From Octopus sinensis (Eukaryota): a stretch of 64,000 bases of DNA. Location of the stretch: contig NC_043012.1 of NCBI RefSeq assembly GCF_006345805.1, positions 7,130,001 to 7,194,000 of the forward strand, in the 5' to 3' direction. A program made the translations under genes and the position numbers. Numbering within the stretch: position 1 is the stretch's first letter; every line of letters starts with the position of its first letter. Positions 12,640 to 26,530 of the stretch are shown in pieces. Under the pieces are notes generated by a model, which made no database searches, was not told the DNA's origin, and worked only from the letters and a program-made list of their open reading frames with translations.

Positions 12640-12860
12640 TGGAACTTAGTACAACCTGTTGCAGGATCGAGTATTCGGTAACTAGACCGGCTATCCTGGT
12701 GAGCAGGGCAGCAAGAAACCTGGTAGGACTTAAAACACAACCTCCCTAAAGGACGGCTGCAACCAGCGTTGGCCCAACGACTGTCTAGCGATAGCACCGG
12801 CGCTCAGACATTCCTGGCTGGTGTTCGGCGTGCTAGACGAGCAATGGAAACGAGGTAACA
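12640..12860 (+). mobile_element. Possible RTE-clade LINE 3' ORF remnant
   Basis: Translates as SW*AGQQETW*D and QRWPNDCLAIA, resembling the G-Q-x-K-T-W...RRWxxDWL C-terminus of RTE ORFs. Weak and decayed. Confidence 0.35.
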
Positions 12861-14822
12861 CTCAGTTTTAGTTAGAGCATATCTCTTGGAGAAGATAATT
12901 TTGATATAAAACCGGACATGCAGAGAATGGCATAAGACATTTTGGAGTTACTCTTTTGCTCGCGCTTGCGTTCAAGATATTTCCAGCTTTTGGCATATTG
13001 GCACTAAATTCCTTTTCTCGGTCTGTCTCTGGATCATGTTAATAAGGTGGAAATATTGTGCAAGCCTTATTGCACATACAATTTTGTACAGGCGTATATT
13101 TATATATATATACATGTATATATCTGTTGGATAGCGAACAGCTGCCTCGTCACATAGCAGAAAAAAGGCCCATACATATGATACAACCTTTAGTTAAATT
13201 GCATATATCTGCTACGTAAATAAGCGCGGATAGTTCACGGGATTGCATTTATGCGCATGGGTTAAGTGATAGGTGACATAAAAAGAACTTAGTTCAATTT
13301 TTTTAAATACACTTTTCAGTTTCCAATCACCACCACCGTCGCCGCCGCCACCACCACCACCACCACCACCACCACCACCACCATCGTCATCTCTCTCCCC
13401 CTCTCCCTTCTCTCCCTTCTCTCCACTCTTTCTCTCCCTTCTCTCCGCTCTTTCTCCTCCTTTTCTCTCTCTCTCTCCCCTCTATCTCTCCCTCCTCTCT
13501 CTTCTTTCCCTCTCTACTTTTCTTTAATCTTACCATCAGAACATCACCTTTCTGCTAAAATTATTACGTTTACCCCGTCTCATATCATGGACGTCTTTTT
13601 CTCTCTTTTTCTTTTCCTTTCTCCCCCTGTCTCACCCTTCACCTTACCCTCTTTTCCTCTCTCCTTTTCCTTTCTTCTCTCTTTCCTTTCTTCTCTCTTT
13701 CCTTTCTTCTCTCTTTCCTTTCTTCTCTCTTTCCTTTCTTCTCTCTTTCCTTTCTTCTCTCTTTCCTTTCTTCTCTCTTTCCTTTCAACTAATTCCCTCT
13801 GCCTAACGTCATGGACGCTTCTCTCTCCCTCTTTTTCTCCCTACTTCTTTTTCTCTCTCCCTCTTTTACCCTAATAACGTGAAAGCGTTACCGACGGGCT
13901 AAATAGCGCAACGACAAGCAGAATGATTTTAAGATAATGCTGAAGCTTCTTAAATAGTTACTTGTGATATAATTCCAAACAATTGATGAAAAGAAGCAGC
14001 GTGACTTTGTGTAAGGAAAGAAATATTCGTAAATATATCGGGAAGAAATAAATAATAGAGAGTTGATTCGGGAAAAAAAAGTCGAAAGAAAGAAAAAATT
14101 AGAAAAGGAATTCATCTATTCTGTCGTAATGTGGGGAACAAAAGTTCTGTTAATCGTTTCCTGTTTGGAAACACGTATGAAATACAAAAAGAAGGACGCA
14201 GGAATTTTTTAATAAAGTATTAATGTTTATGAATAACTAAACGTTTGTTTTCCAATATGTCGTTATTAATGAGTGTCTAGCGAATCCATTAAATAAGAAG
14301 TTGTCTATTTCATGTGGTTGACATTTGAAATTTTCTCAATAGATATCGGTGTAGGTGCTATAACTATTTCTTTCTTTCTTTCTCTCTCTTTCTGTCTTCT
14401 CTTCTCTCTCTTTCTCTGTGGTCAAGAAAATGACAAACCGATCCCCGATGAAATGAAAATAAACACTGATACTAGCCAAAACGAATTCCCTTTATGCTCA
14501 GTTTTAACCACAGCATGTATATTTTCCAAGATCATGCATCCTTGTCTCTATAATTATTCAACATCTGTATGATAATGGTCTGTCGTGCCTCCGTAAACAC
14601 GCATACATGCATGAATATATACATGGGTACATGTGTTGCTATGTGGTGAAGAAGCTTCTTTCTATACCATTTGATTTCGAGTTCAGCCCTTGGCCTCTTG
14701 GTCAACTGTCTTCTACAATAGCCCCGGTCAGACCAAACATTGTGAGTGGTTTTGGTAGACGGCAACTGAAAGTAGCCCATTGTGTGTGTGTGTGTGTATA
14801 AATATATATATATATATATATG

Positions 14823-14867
<45 letters not shown>

Positions 14868-14964
14868 ATATATGTGTGTGTGGTGTGTGTGTGTGTGTGT
14901 GTATGTGTGTGGTGTGTATGTGTGTGTGTGTGTATGTGTGTGTGTGTCGGCTTGAAAAACTGTT

Positions 14965-15255
14965 AAGACACTAGGACGAGTGAAGGGGCAACAAGCAGGT
15001 GTATTAGTTTAACGTTTGGACGAAATGGAAAAGTTTTTTGATGTCTCGAGACTATGCTGATTCAGGAATAACGGTTTCACTTGTGAAACCGTTAACCCCG
15101 ACGCATTTCTTTTCTCTCACTCTCTCTCCCCACTTCCTTCCTCTCATCCCTTTCTATGGAAGAGCGTAATCTTGAAACGTCAAAGGCTTTTCCATTCTGC
15201 CCGCTTGCCCTTCCTGCTTGTGGTTCCCCCATCTGTCTTCGTTTTCTGTAGATTT
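14965..15255. mobile_element. Old inverted pair of a Penelope-tail-like repeat with a minimal hammerhead-like motif
   Basis: Right arm AGCGTAATCTTGAAACGTCAAAGGCTTTTCCATT vs reverse complement of left arm AGCATAGTCTCGAGACATCAAAAAACTTTTCCATT. The same family occurs at 58170-58300. Confidence 0.6.
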
Positions 15256-15570
15256 GGATCATATATTACAGAATCCTGCCTGATTGAATTTCCTCCCCTC
15301 TTGGATCCTCATCTCTCCTAACTTCTTCTCAGACATTTGGTACCTTATCCACTTTACCATTATTCCACCTGGATTACCATTGGAATTTTATTCTTCTCGG
15401 ACTCTCCCATCATGGACCTTACTGTACATATGAGTGTGTGGTTATTTTTCATTTATCTTGCTCGCTTACGTTTCTGGTGTGCTAAATTTTCTGGAGAGCA
15501 ATTCTTAGTGGTTGAGACCTATGCGGATCTCTTTCTAGCGTAAGGGCTTCCACATAGTGGTTCTCACTTA

Positions 15571-15671
<101 letters not shown>

Positions 15672-16049
15672 AGTGTATGTATGTATGTATGTATGGTATG
15701 TATGTATGTATGTATGAGTGTATGTATGTATGTATGTATGTATGTATGTATGAGTGTATGTATGTATGTATGTATGTATGTATGTATGTATGTATGTATG
15801 TATGTATGTGTATATCGGCAAACCAAAATAATGAAAACAGGAAAAAAAAAACAACAAAAGTCAATTAGACGTACACAGTGCATACTTTAGATTGACGCTC
15901 AAAGCAAATAACGTTTCTAGCATGGCTCTCGTCGGAAAGAGTTAAAAGTCTTAGCAGGAGAAGGAGGAGGAGCTGATAGTCCGAGAAAATCTCATGACCG
16001 ATGCATTCACACATGTACACACGCAATTGGCACACAATCAATAAAACAC

Positions 16050-16094
<45 letters not shown>

Positions 16095-16173
16095 GCATTT
16101 GAACATTGACAGAAAACAACGCTCGCTACATGTTCACAATTACTCAGATGCTTTTAAAACTTTATTGATAGTT

Positions 16174-16372
16174 ATTTCTTTACTACCCACAAGGGGCTAA
16201 ACGCAGAGGGGACAAACAAAGACAGACAAACGGATTAAGTCGATTAGATCGACCCCAGTGCGTAACTGGTACTTATTTATCGACCCCGAAAGGATGAAAG
16301 GCAAAGTCGTCAGACGAAATACCGATAAGCATTTCGCCCGGCGTGCTAACGTTTCTGCCAGCTCGCCGCCTT
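16174..16372 (-). mobile_element. SINE family A, young copy with internal deletion of the B-box region
   Basis: Near-identical to 22515-22748, but GCAAAGTCG joins directly to TCAGACGAAAT. Confidence 0.9.
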
Positions 16373-16467
16373 ATTATTGATAGTGACCTCGAAGTTTCGC
16401 CGGTGAAGGCAGAGCCTTCTGCCTAAATTTAGAATTCGCTGTCAAAAAGTTTATACATACATACCAA

Positions 16468-16539
16468 CATACACACAAATCTACATACATACATACATTT
16501 ATGCATACACACAAATCTACATACATACATACATTTATG
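16468..16539 (+). repeat. Perfect 36-bp tandem duplication within (CATA)n
   Basis: CATACACACAAATCTACATACATACATACATTTATG twice. Confidence 0.9.
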
Positions 16540-16549
16540 CATACATATA

Positions 16550-16583
<34 letters not shown>

Positions 16584-16879
16584 CATATATACATATATAC
16601 ATACATACATGCATGCATACATATATACGTACGTACATACATACACACATAATTAAACAAACACATAGAGCAAGAGAAAAACAGAAGAGGGGTAGGGTAA
16701 GTTTGAAAGTTCATGGCAAGGTACCTCGAACTTTTACCCCGCTATATTATTTGCACGTGTTAACCGAGGTAGGTCAAAGGGATTGCTAGGAAAACCTTAA
16801 TTGGTTTTAATTATGTTAATATCGCTTAGTGACCGTTGGGCACCACTTATTCCTGTTCCTACTAACCCTTTTCCTATGC

Positions 16880-16894
16880 ATGCATGTATGTATA

Positions 16895-16937
<43 letters not shown>

Positions 16938-17189
16938 TATATATATATTATATATATTATATATATAATATATATATATATATATATGTTGGTGTGTGTG
17001 TGTATACGTATTATGTATGTATATATGTATATATATACATGTGTGCGAGTGTATGGTGTGGTTTGAGTATGCATGTATGTATGTTTAGCTTTCAGAGACT
17101 GAAAACTGACTTAGTTTTCACAAAATGCTGCTGACCTTTTCAAGAGTAATTAATAAATATGACCGTTTTGTCAACCACTGTATGTACAT

Positions 17190-17225
<36 letters not shown>

Positions 17226-17703
17226 CATACATACATATATGTTATATATATATATATATATATTATATATTATATACATACATATATATATATATTTTAA
17301 TATATATATATATATACCATACATACATATATGTATGATATATATATATATATATATTATATACATATATATATATATGTATATATAATATATATATATA
17401 TACATATACACTTATATGTGAATGCATCTGTTGTCTGTATGTGTGCGTGCGTGTGTATGTATGCATATATATTTACTTTTATATTTGTATATGTATGTGT
17501 ATGAATCTTTCTCTCTCTATATATATATACACACACATCCGTATATATATATACAACACTCTCGATATATATATATATATATGTATTTATATATATATAT
17601 ACATGTATATATATATGTATGTATAAGTATACCTGTATATAAGTATGCATTTTTAGGCGTATTTATATTTCGTTTATATATTTCTATTATATATATATAT
17701 AAT

Positions 17704-17746
<43 letters not shown>

Positions 17747-17815
17747 ATATATATATATATTATATGTATATATATATATATATATAGTATATAATGTATA
17801 TATATATATATATTA

Positions 17816-17861
<46 letters not shown>

Positions 17862-18003
17862 GTATATGTATATATAGGTAAAGTATATATATATTATAAT
17901 GAATATGAGTATATATATATTAATAATATATGTATATATATGTATATATAGATATATGTAATTATATGTATATGGTATATATATATATATATGCATATAT
18001 ATG

Positions 18004-18034
<31 letters not shown>

Positions 18035-18069
18035 GCATATATATGTATATATATAGATATATATATATA

Positions 18070-18134
<65 letters not shown>

Positions 18135-18245
18135 GTATATATGTATATATATATATGTATATATATGTGTATATATATATATATATTATATATATATATG
18201 TAATATATATATATATAATACATATATACATATGTAATACATAGA
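16880..18245. repeat. ~1.4-kb degenerate (TA)n-rich tract
   Basis: Direct observation; source of many spurious YI/IY ORFs. Confidence 0.95.
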
Positions 18246-18940
18246 TATGCTTGCAGAGATGTTATCTACATACATACATGCAGGCACGCACGCATGCACC
18301 ACCAACACAACACACCCGTACGGCACGTATGTCGTAGTATATATATTCATGCAACTGTACATCTATAATTCCTTGTGCCCGTCGGTAGGAAGTTACTGAA
18401 CAAATAAAAAAGAAAAGAAAAGGAAAATGTAATCTGAATTATTTATTTGCTGCTGAAATTATCCTTGCCATAATAATGGTTGTCTGTCTATGGGTCGTGA
18501 CCAAAATTGGATCGCGTTATAAATCTGAAAATGTCGCAAAGACGATACTCTTCAGTTTGGAAATATTTGAAGAGATACCTAATATTCCCGAAATTGGTAG
18601 CAGAAGATAAGCCAAGTATGCAAAGGGCAAAAAAGAACAATTTTACTTTATACAAAATAAAATGTAAAATATTTTCTCGCGTCCTGGTGCTCATATTGAT
18701 AGTTACTTGTTGTGGTCGACATAACAATATTGACCCTGTGAAGAACCTGACCATTGCAGTTTTTTGAGTTACTGTTAGTAGATGAGTGGCTTGGACCAAC
18801 ACGGAAATGAAGTATTTTTCTGAAGGACGCAACGCACTGCCATGTCCGGGAATCGAAACCTCAATCGAGAGTGTAGATCTTTAAACAATGGCCTACGTGC
18901 ATTTACTACTTCACGCAAAACCTCTGGAATGCTTTCTGAA

Positions 18941-19179
18941 CCCATTCGTCTCGAAATTTTTCTAGTGAATGAAATTGCCTGAAATTTCACAGATACTATT
19001 ATTTTGCCCTAAATAGCAACTGAAAAAAATCAGTGAAATCTGTTTGACACAGACTGCATATGCGTTAAGAACATGTTTCATTCTTTGATACAGATCATAC
19101 ACAAATCACAATTTTTATCAAGTATTTGTTTTATACCCTTATAAATTTTCAGTTTAAACGAACGATCGGTATGAATGGG
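18941..19179. mobile_element. piggyBac-like MITE (~240 bp)
   Basis: Termini CCCATTCGTCTCGA / TCGGTATGAATGGG match at 11/14 as inverted repeats. Right flank TTAA, left flank TGAA. Confidence 0.6.
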
Positions 19180-19367
19180 TTAAGGCTCGACATTGTGTTG
19201 CCAACTAGTTCCCATCGCAGCGACTCAGTTTCGGATCATGTCCCACTACTCGACATTTTTAGTTAAGTGTCTTTTATTGACACTCTGGACCGATTAATTA
19301 CCTTGTGAGTGGATTTGGTAAGCGGAAATTTTGCCGAGGCATGTCACACCGTACATACACACATATA

Positions 19368-19790
19368 CTCTCTCTTTTCTCTCTTTTACTCTTTTACTTG
19401 TTTCAGTCATTTGACCGCGGCCATGCTGGAGCACCGCCTTTAATCGAGCAAATCGACCCCGGGACTTATTCTTTTTGTAAGCCCAGTACTTATTCTATCG
19501 GTCTCTTTTGCCGAACCGCTAAGTAACGGGGACATAAACACACCAGCATCGGTTGTCAAGCAATGCTAGGGGGACAAACACAGACACACAAACAAACACA
19601 CATACATATATATATATACATATATACGACAGGCTTCTTTCAGTTTCCGTCTACCAAATCCACTCACAAGGCATTGGTCGGCCCGGGGCTATAGCAGAAG
19701 ACATTTACCCAAGATGCCACGCAGTGGGACTGAACCCGGAACCATGTGGTTGGTTAGCAAGCTACTTACCACAAAGCCACTCCTGCGCCT
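19368..19790 (-). mobile_element. SINE family B, full-length well-preserved copy
   Basis: Minus strand: GGCGCAGGAGTGGCTTTGTGGTAAG (A box), GGTTCAGTCCC (B box), CTTGGGTAAATGTCTT core, internal TA/TG tract, and a (GTAAAAGA)-like tail. Confidence 0.9.
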
Positions 19791-20534
19791 ATATATATGT
19801 ATATATATATTTTTTTCTTTTGGCCGAGTCTCTTTCATGCTTGTTCGGCGTTTCGCCGGTATATTCATGAGGTCACCAGACATGTCATAAATTGCCTGAT
19901 GAACCGGTGAAGATACAGGTAAAATTTCTGAATAGCAAGAGACGGTCCTGAAGAAGCTAAAAAGAAAATATAAGTCACTAAGATGGGATTGGGTATTCTT
20001 TCTTCCGACTCTCTGCTGACGTTAATAACTTACAGTTCTTGCTGGTAAGAATCAAGCTTTTAAAATGAATGGAGAAATTCGAACGATCGGTTTGGCACAA
20101 TAGTAGAACACTTTCATGTTTACGAGAGATCTGGATTCGATCCCTACGTGTACACTTCGTTTTTTTTTTTTACCCCCAAACTTTACTTCCCAATATTTTT
20201 ATGTTATTATTTCCAGCTTTATGTGCTTCGATCAGACCTATGGTGAAAAGGGTTCCAGCCATGACTATCCTACCTGTCTGTATATCAAGGGCTAACATTG
20301 ACCATTTTATGCATCTCTTTTATTTACGACATTAAGGCGGGATGCGAATGAGATTAGGCTGCTATTTCCAGCAAGTCAATTAACCGCGTCTAAGTTACCT
20401 TCTTAAATTGCTTTATTTGTCGTTGTTGTTACTGCTGTTCTTGTTTAGGCCCTGGTCAATTTTGTCCTTCCTTTTTCTTTATGACAGTAGTGTATGATTT
20501 TGATGAAAAATTGTTGCTATCACTAGCTGGTGAG

Positions 20535-20925
20535 AAGGCGGCAAGCTGGCATAAACGTTAGCACGCCAGGGAAAATGCTTAGCGGCATTTCGTCTGTTTC
20601 TACATTCTGAGTTCAAATTCCGCCGAGGTCGACTTTGCATTTCATCTTTTCGAAGTCGATAAATTAAGTACCAGTTACCTACTGAAGTATATCTAATCGA
20701 CTGGCCCCTCCCCAAAAGTTTCGGGACTTGTGCCTAGAGTAGAATAGAATCATTAGCACGCCGGACGAAATGCTTAGCGGTATTTCGTCCGCCTTCACGT
20801 TTGAAATTCTAATTCTACCGAGGTCGACTTTGCCTTTCATCTTTTTCGGGTCGATAAAGCAAGAACCTGCTGAATACTGGCGTGGATGTAATCGACTTCC
20901 CGCTCCCCAGAGCCAAAATTCGAAA
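20535..20925 (+). mobile_element. Two head-to-tail SINE family A copies
   Basis: TTAGCACGCC...GAAATGCTTAGCGG...GAGGTCGACTTTGC...TTTCATCTTTT occurs twice. Confidence 0.9.
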
Positions 20926-20940
20926 TCATTACTAGATGAT

Positions 20941-21260
20941 GAAGGCACGTGACCTAGTATTTAGGATGATGCATTGACGATCGTAAAATCGTCGTTTCGA
21001 TCCCCGTTCCGAGCGATACGTTTTTTACTTGATTAAATCAATTCATTTTACATGAGTGAAATGAATTGATTTAATGAGTGCTTCAGTCCACGCAATTCTA
21101 AATGAGTTTAAACAATATCTGGGAAGTTAACCCTGTAATATACTCGCGTCTCATTCAGCGTAGGTGAGGAGTGATGTTTTCTCATTCACTTCTGCGCTAT
21201 GAAAATCAGGTTAAGCTTCGGCACTATGTGTCCTAAGAATCTTGACCGACCCTAAGTAAG
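20941..21260 (+). mobile_element. SINE family D, diverged
   Basis: GAAGGCACGTGACCTAGTATTTAGG head and GTTTCGATCCCC B box; homologous to 33152. Confidence 0.6.
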
Positions 21261-22240
21261 TACTTGCCGGTCGAGCAACTACGTCTATGCTCCTTCTTTG
21301 GGACAAACGATCATTTGAGATGGACATATCTTTCCGAATATTATTCGTGAAAGAAATAACCTTTTCTCTCTGTTTTTTTCTTTTCTGTTGTTAAATAATT
21401 CGTTTCTCGTGGCTCTGTGTTCACCGAGAAAATTTAATACTTTACAACGGCACCCGCCATTTCTTAATAATGAGTTATAAAACTAAGCACGCATTACTGT
21501 AATTAAAGAGAAGCATGTGATATTTATGAGCCACGTGCTCTTTTGTAATTGTTTAATGATAACTACTAATTAGGATTCTCCTAAAATATAAGACTAGTTC
21601 AAAAGACCGATTTCATATCAAATATCCGGCAAAAACATATTCAAAGGGCAAAAGCTTTCTTTTTCGCGATGTTTATATCGTTCACCGATAAACGGTAAAT
21701 GATAGAAACACACACACACATGAACGTACGCACATGTACGCACACAAACACATGCACACATACATAACTATACAGACATACCTCAACATATGTCGGTAAC
21801 TGTTTCCAAGAATTGCGACTAAACTCGAAAAACGATGTTATACGAAAAATTATATTTTAAAATTCATTTGCTTTAATATCTGCCGTAAAAAGTGATTTGC
21901 ACATATTTTCACGTATTTTATTTGATTTTCCACTTCAGTATTTCATTTTTAGGTGTTTTTGTTTTTATTATCCTTTTAAATATGTTCGCTGAGGTCGACG
22001 TAAAGTCGGATAAGCCGACTGAAGTGTTTATTTTAATTTTTTTTTTCATTAATTTCTTTTAAAAGTACTACGTGAAATCGAGGGAGACGTAACTCGAGAC
22101 GTCGTAAGCTGAGGTATGCCTGTATATATAATATATGTATGAAATATATGTTTATTACTTATAACCCCGGGCCTTGTGAGTGGATTTTGTAGATGGAAAC
22201 CGAAACAAGTCTATCCTATGTGTATGTATGTACGTATGTA

Positions 22241-22300
<60 letters not shown>

Positions 22301-22349
22301 ACGTGCATCTGCATAGTTCTGTTTATCAAACTTTACTCACAAAATAATC

Positions 22350-22748
22350 TTTTCTACACTAGGTACAAGGCCCGAAATTTTTTGGGAGGGGGCCAGTCGA
22401 TTAAATCGACCCTAGTACGAAACTGGTACTTAATTTATCGAGCCCCGAAAGGATGAAAAGCAAAGTCGACCTCGGCGCAATTTGAACTCAGAACATAAAG
22501 ACAGACGAAATGCCTATTTCTTTACTATCCACAAGGGGCTAAACACAGAGAAGACAAACAAGGACAGACAAACGGATTAAGTCGATTATATCGACCCCAG
22601 TGCGTAACTGGTACTTATTTAATCGACTCCGAAAAGATGAAAGGCAAAGTCGACCTCGGCGGAATTTGAACTCACAACGTAACGGAAGACGAAATAATGC
22701 TAAGCATTTCGCCCGACGTGCTAACGTTTCTGCCAGCTCGTCGCCTTT
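22350..22748 (-). mobile_element. Two adjacent SINE family A copies
   Basis: AACTGGTACTTA...CCGAAA(G/A)GATGAAA(A/G)GCAAAGTCGACCTCGGCG occurs twice; the head ends at CTGCCAGCTCGTCGCCTT. Confidence 0.9.
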
Positions 22749-23299
22749 CTACTCATTAAAATATTGATCAACCGAATGTTACTCTGTAAAACATTTACCG
22801 AATGTGACACGGATCGAACTCGGATATACACTTGTCACGTACAGAACTTCTTAACCACACAGCTAATAACTCTACTTTCTGCCAGTACCATTTTACCCAT
22901 AATCAATGCTATTACTGATAACCATCTATGCTGACCATCCTACAATATGTATTACTTTTAAATGTTATCGTCGAAATGTGTGATCAGACAAATAACATGT
23001 CGTTGTTGTTGTTGTTGTTTAACCCCGGGCCTGCTGTTGAAAATGACGGTTGTCGTTGTGCGGTGTTATTTATTTTATTCATATTCAAACTCGGAACCAT
23101 TTCGCATGCAGGTTTAAATGATGTTTTTTCTTCTTCTACCCCTACACTTCCTCTTTGTTCAGTATTCCTATTCTCATCCTTCCGCTTCTCCAAATTTCCC
23201 CTTCCACCTTACTTTCGCCAGCTTCTCTTCATTTCTCTTTTCTTTTCTCTTTCTCAGCCAGTTACTTTCTGCTTACTATTTTCTATCGACATAGACAAG

Positions 23300-25520
23300 T
23301 ACACGTCGTCTTGCGTTCCTCATCAGCTGCAGCCAGTCTCTCGTTATTCTTAACTACGGTTTCACTGTACTCTCTCTGTCGCTTTTTTATTCGAGTAATA
23401 CAAATTTGCCGAGCAAGAGTTTGCCGACCTAAACATTACTGTCAACGAATTGTTACAGCATTTATTTTCACACAGTTCATTTCGGAATCGCTCTCCAATT
23501 TGCAATTACACTTCGTTCAGTCCTTCCCTGCCTTTCTATCTATGGCAGCAGTTACACTTCGTTTTCAATGTTTTTCTGTCTTCCAATCAATTTTCTGTTG
23601 CTGCAGCGAAATTGGTACCAAAGCTAAAATACACAAACACCCACACTTATTTTCTGGAAACAAAACAGCTCATTGCACTCATTGCAAGGAGTGAAACGTG
23701 ACTGACGCAACAAGCAGTATCGTTGTTTACTTATCGAAGGTAAGGTAAATATTTAATTGTATCCCCTAGATACAGTCTCAAAGATCAGTATCATTTCGTC
23801 AACCAATGCCACACTGCCTTAAAGAAGTTTATATCTTAAAACCATCTATTGAAGATCAGTCACAACTTTCAACATGATCCACAACACTAATTTAGGACAT
23901 TCTACTAGTTTTTGTGTATGCAGATTGCACTCGTATCATTGTGTCATAAGCGTTGATTCCTTAGTCTACTATAAACTATAATTAATTGTCTGCCAGTGTT
24001 TGGCCATCGCTACATGTTAGATAATGCCATTAATCTGAATATCAAGGGGAAAATGTCAACAATCTCTTTGCAGTGATCGCTGCACATTGCACAACCACAG
24101 ATTCTCATTGAATTCCCATTAACCATTAAACCTGCATCAAGCATCGCATCTGTACTTCACAATGCTGTACACTAGTTCTGAATTGAATTTTTACTCATAC
24201 AAACTCATCCCTGAACGACAAATGGACTTTGAACGAGAGTTTGAACGCATTATGTAACTGGATTGCTTTCAACCACCATCCAGTAATTGGTCATCCATCC
24301 TTGCAGTTCATAACAAGGATCCAAGAGATTGAAAACTATATAGAGAGAACATATTCTTAAATGGCAGTTATATGTGAAAGATATTTGCCATATATTCAAG
24401 TGTTATCAAAGTTTTATCAAAATCAGATTCGATGTGTTTATCAGCAGATCTGAATTATCCAGATGATTTCCACAAGATTGAGTTTACAATACCCTGTGGC
24501 TTGTGTGGGTTTAACGACATGTCCTTCGGTCTTGAAACCGCTGCCTGACCGTTTCAGTGATTTATCGATAAGTAATCAGATGATGAGATTGTCGTTCATT
24601 TAATATGGTTTTTCTTATTATCAGTATTAATCTTGAGAAATAGTCAAGAATTGGAATGATTAACTGTAAACCGTATCACCACCACCAACTCCAGAACATG
24701 AGAATTTGGAGTTGCACAGCTAAATGTCTTACACATACAGGGATATTAAAAAGAATTAAGCCACTGGATCATTAGATTAATACAATCAGAAATTTTACTA
24801 TTTTGATACGAAGCGTCAAAAATTTTGATACGGAGCGGCTAAGTTCTAAACTCTTAGAAATCCTCAACTTTTAAAATCGATTTGTAAGATGAGCCTGAAG
24901 AAAGCGTTGCTTTATCCTTATCTCACGCGAATAAATCGTTTGGCAAAATCAATGGACAAATCACATGCTCGTACCACTTAAGATATTTTGGCTCTTCTAG
25001 ATTTTACACTGAACTGTCACTTCAGGCGGTAAGAGGAATTTCACAACAACCAGATATGATTAAGGAAACTCAGCTACAACACATTTGACCAATACTTGCG
25101 AGTGTCTACTTTGCTAAACTTCATCTCCGACAGTAACTTGAAAGACATCCTTTCATGTGTTGTCGGGTCACAAACTGATTTCAGTTCCGCCATCTTTGCA
25201 ATTACTGACGTCATCGTCAAGACAAACCCAACAAATGACCTGCATTAATGAATCTATCGCAAGCATTTGCAATCTCAAATGTTCTGATGAGTTTGTCGAT
25301 TTTGATTGATTTTTATGCAGTTGCACCAAAGCAGACGAAAGACGAGGAAATGTCGACACCATTGTTTGTCGTTCAGATTGAAACCTCGCCAACTTATCTC
25401 AGGTGCAGTCATCACAGTTGGATGATACTACTGATACACAATCCTCGATCATTCATCTCAATTACTTGGTATCGTCTAGTATTTACTATTTTGTATTCAG
25501 AAGGTTACTTATAGTTTCGC
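23300..25520 (+). pseudogene. Heavily decayed Ty3/Gypsy LTR-retrotransposon gag-pol fossil
   Basis: In order: gag-like LQHLF...NRSP and GTKAKIHKHPHLFSGN (degenerate FGxxAxxCxxPC knuckle); protease LDTVSKISII (23766-23795); RT PPSSNWSSILAVHNKDPRD (from 24273) and PDDFHKIEFTIPCGLCGFNDMSFGLETAA*PFQ*FIDK (24459-24572); RNase H YNTFD. Many stops and frameshifts; LTRs not identified. Confidence 0.8.
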
Positions 25521-25716
25521 CCTTGCCATCACAATATAAAATACATGCTACAGCATTTTACTGTTTCGTTCAGTTATAAAATATTATACACAAAGTAGCA
25601 GCGACTACTCTGCGACACGATCTTGACACCCCTCGCTTTGCTTGCCAATTTAATTGTCGCCAATCAAAAAGCGACCAGTAGTTTGTATATGATGAAGCAT
25701 TTCTGGCGAGTGTCTA

Positions 25717-25800
25717 CCGTATTTCTTGCATATAAGTCGCATAGTTTTATGCTTCGTTGTAATTGCAAAGAAAAATTGGGGTTCGACTTATACACTAGGC
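25717..25800 (+). mobile_element. Left end of a pogo/Tc2-like non-autonomous DNA transposon
   Basis: TA|CCGTATTTCTTGCATATAAGTCGC terminus; internal TCGACTTATACAC is shared with the MITE at 50465. Confidence 0.55.
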
Positions 25801-26499
25801 ACAGCTATGACTATGAAGGGAGAGGATTTTGTGTTACGATTTAACACTAAATTAGGTAGTAATTCCTTCTACTTATTTTTCGACAAATCCTGGAACACAC
25901 CACAGACTCAGCAACATAATCGACGAATCACACACAACATGTTTATAATATTCACAACGTTGCTAGAAAAAAGAGTATAGAAAGTTCAAGGACAAACAAC
26001 TGAACGCTCACAACGTTTGTTCAACGCTAAACAGCAAAATTTTATACTAACAATATATTATATCCATCATGGATCATGATAATCTCTCCTATGTTCAACA
26101 ATATTGACAGGAGACTCAACAACGGCTGCAACAACAAGAACAGCAACAACAAACCGCATGGTGCTGAAAAAAAGTTGATAGCCGAAAGACAGGTGAGGTA
26201 AATTGTTCGAGCGTAACAGATTGACATGTTATCTTGTTTTGTCACATGTCAACTTCCGTATAAGACCAGTAATGCTCGAAATATCGATTTAAAGGAACGC
26301 ATTTCTTTCTTTCTAAAAATGAGAGTTTCCTGCCTTCACAAAATATATAAATGTTTAACTGATAACTGTAATATCAAATGGGGGACCAGCAACATTGGTT
26401 TCATTGTTGGTGGTGGTGGATTTTAGTTTCAGGTCAGCCCTGGTCCAAGGAAGCATATTACCGAAAGCGCTGCATCGGTAACAGTTCTCCTTTAACTTC

Positions 26500-26530
<31 letters not shown>

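Noticed and set aside
12691-12730. Hammerhead-like CTGGTGA...GAAACCTGGTA
   Set aside because: Core mismatch and poor stem I; better explained as RTE-like coding remnant (GQQETW).
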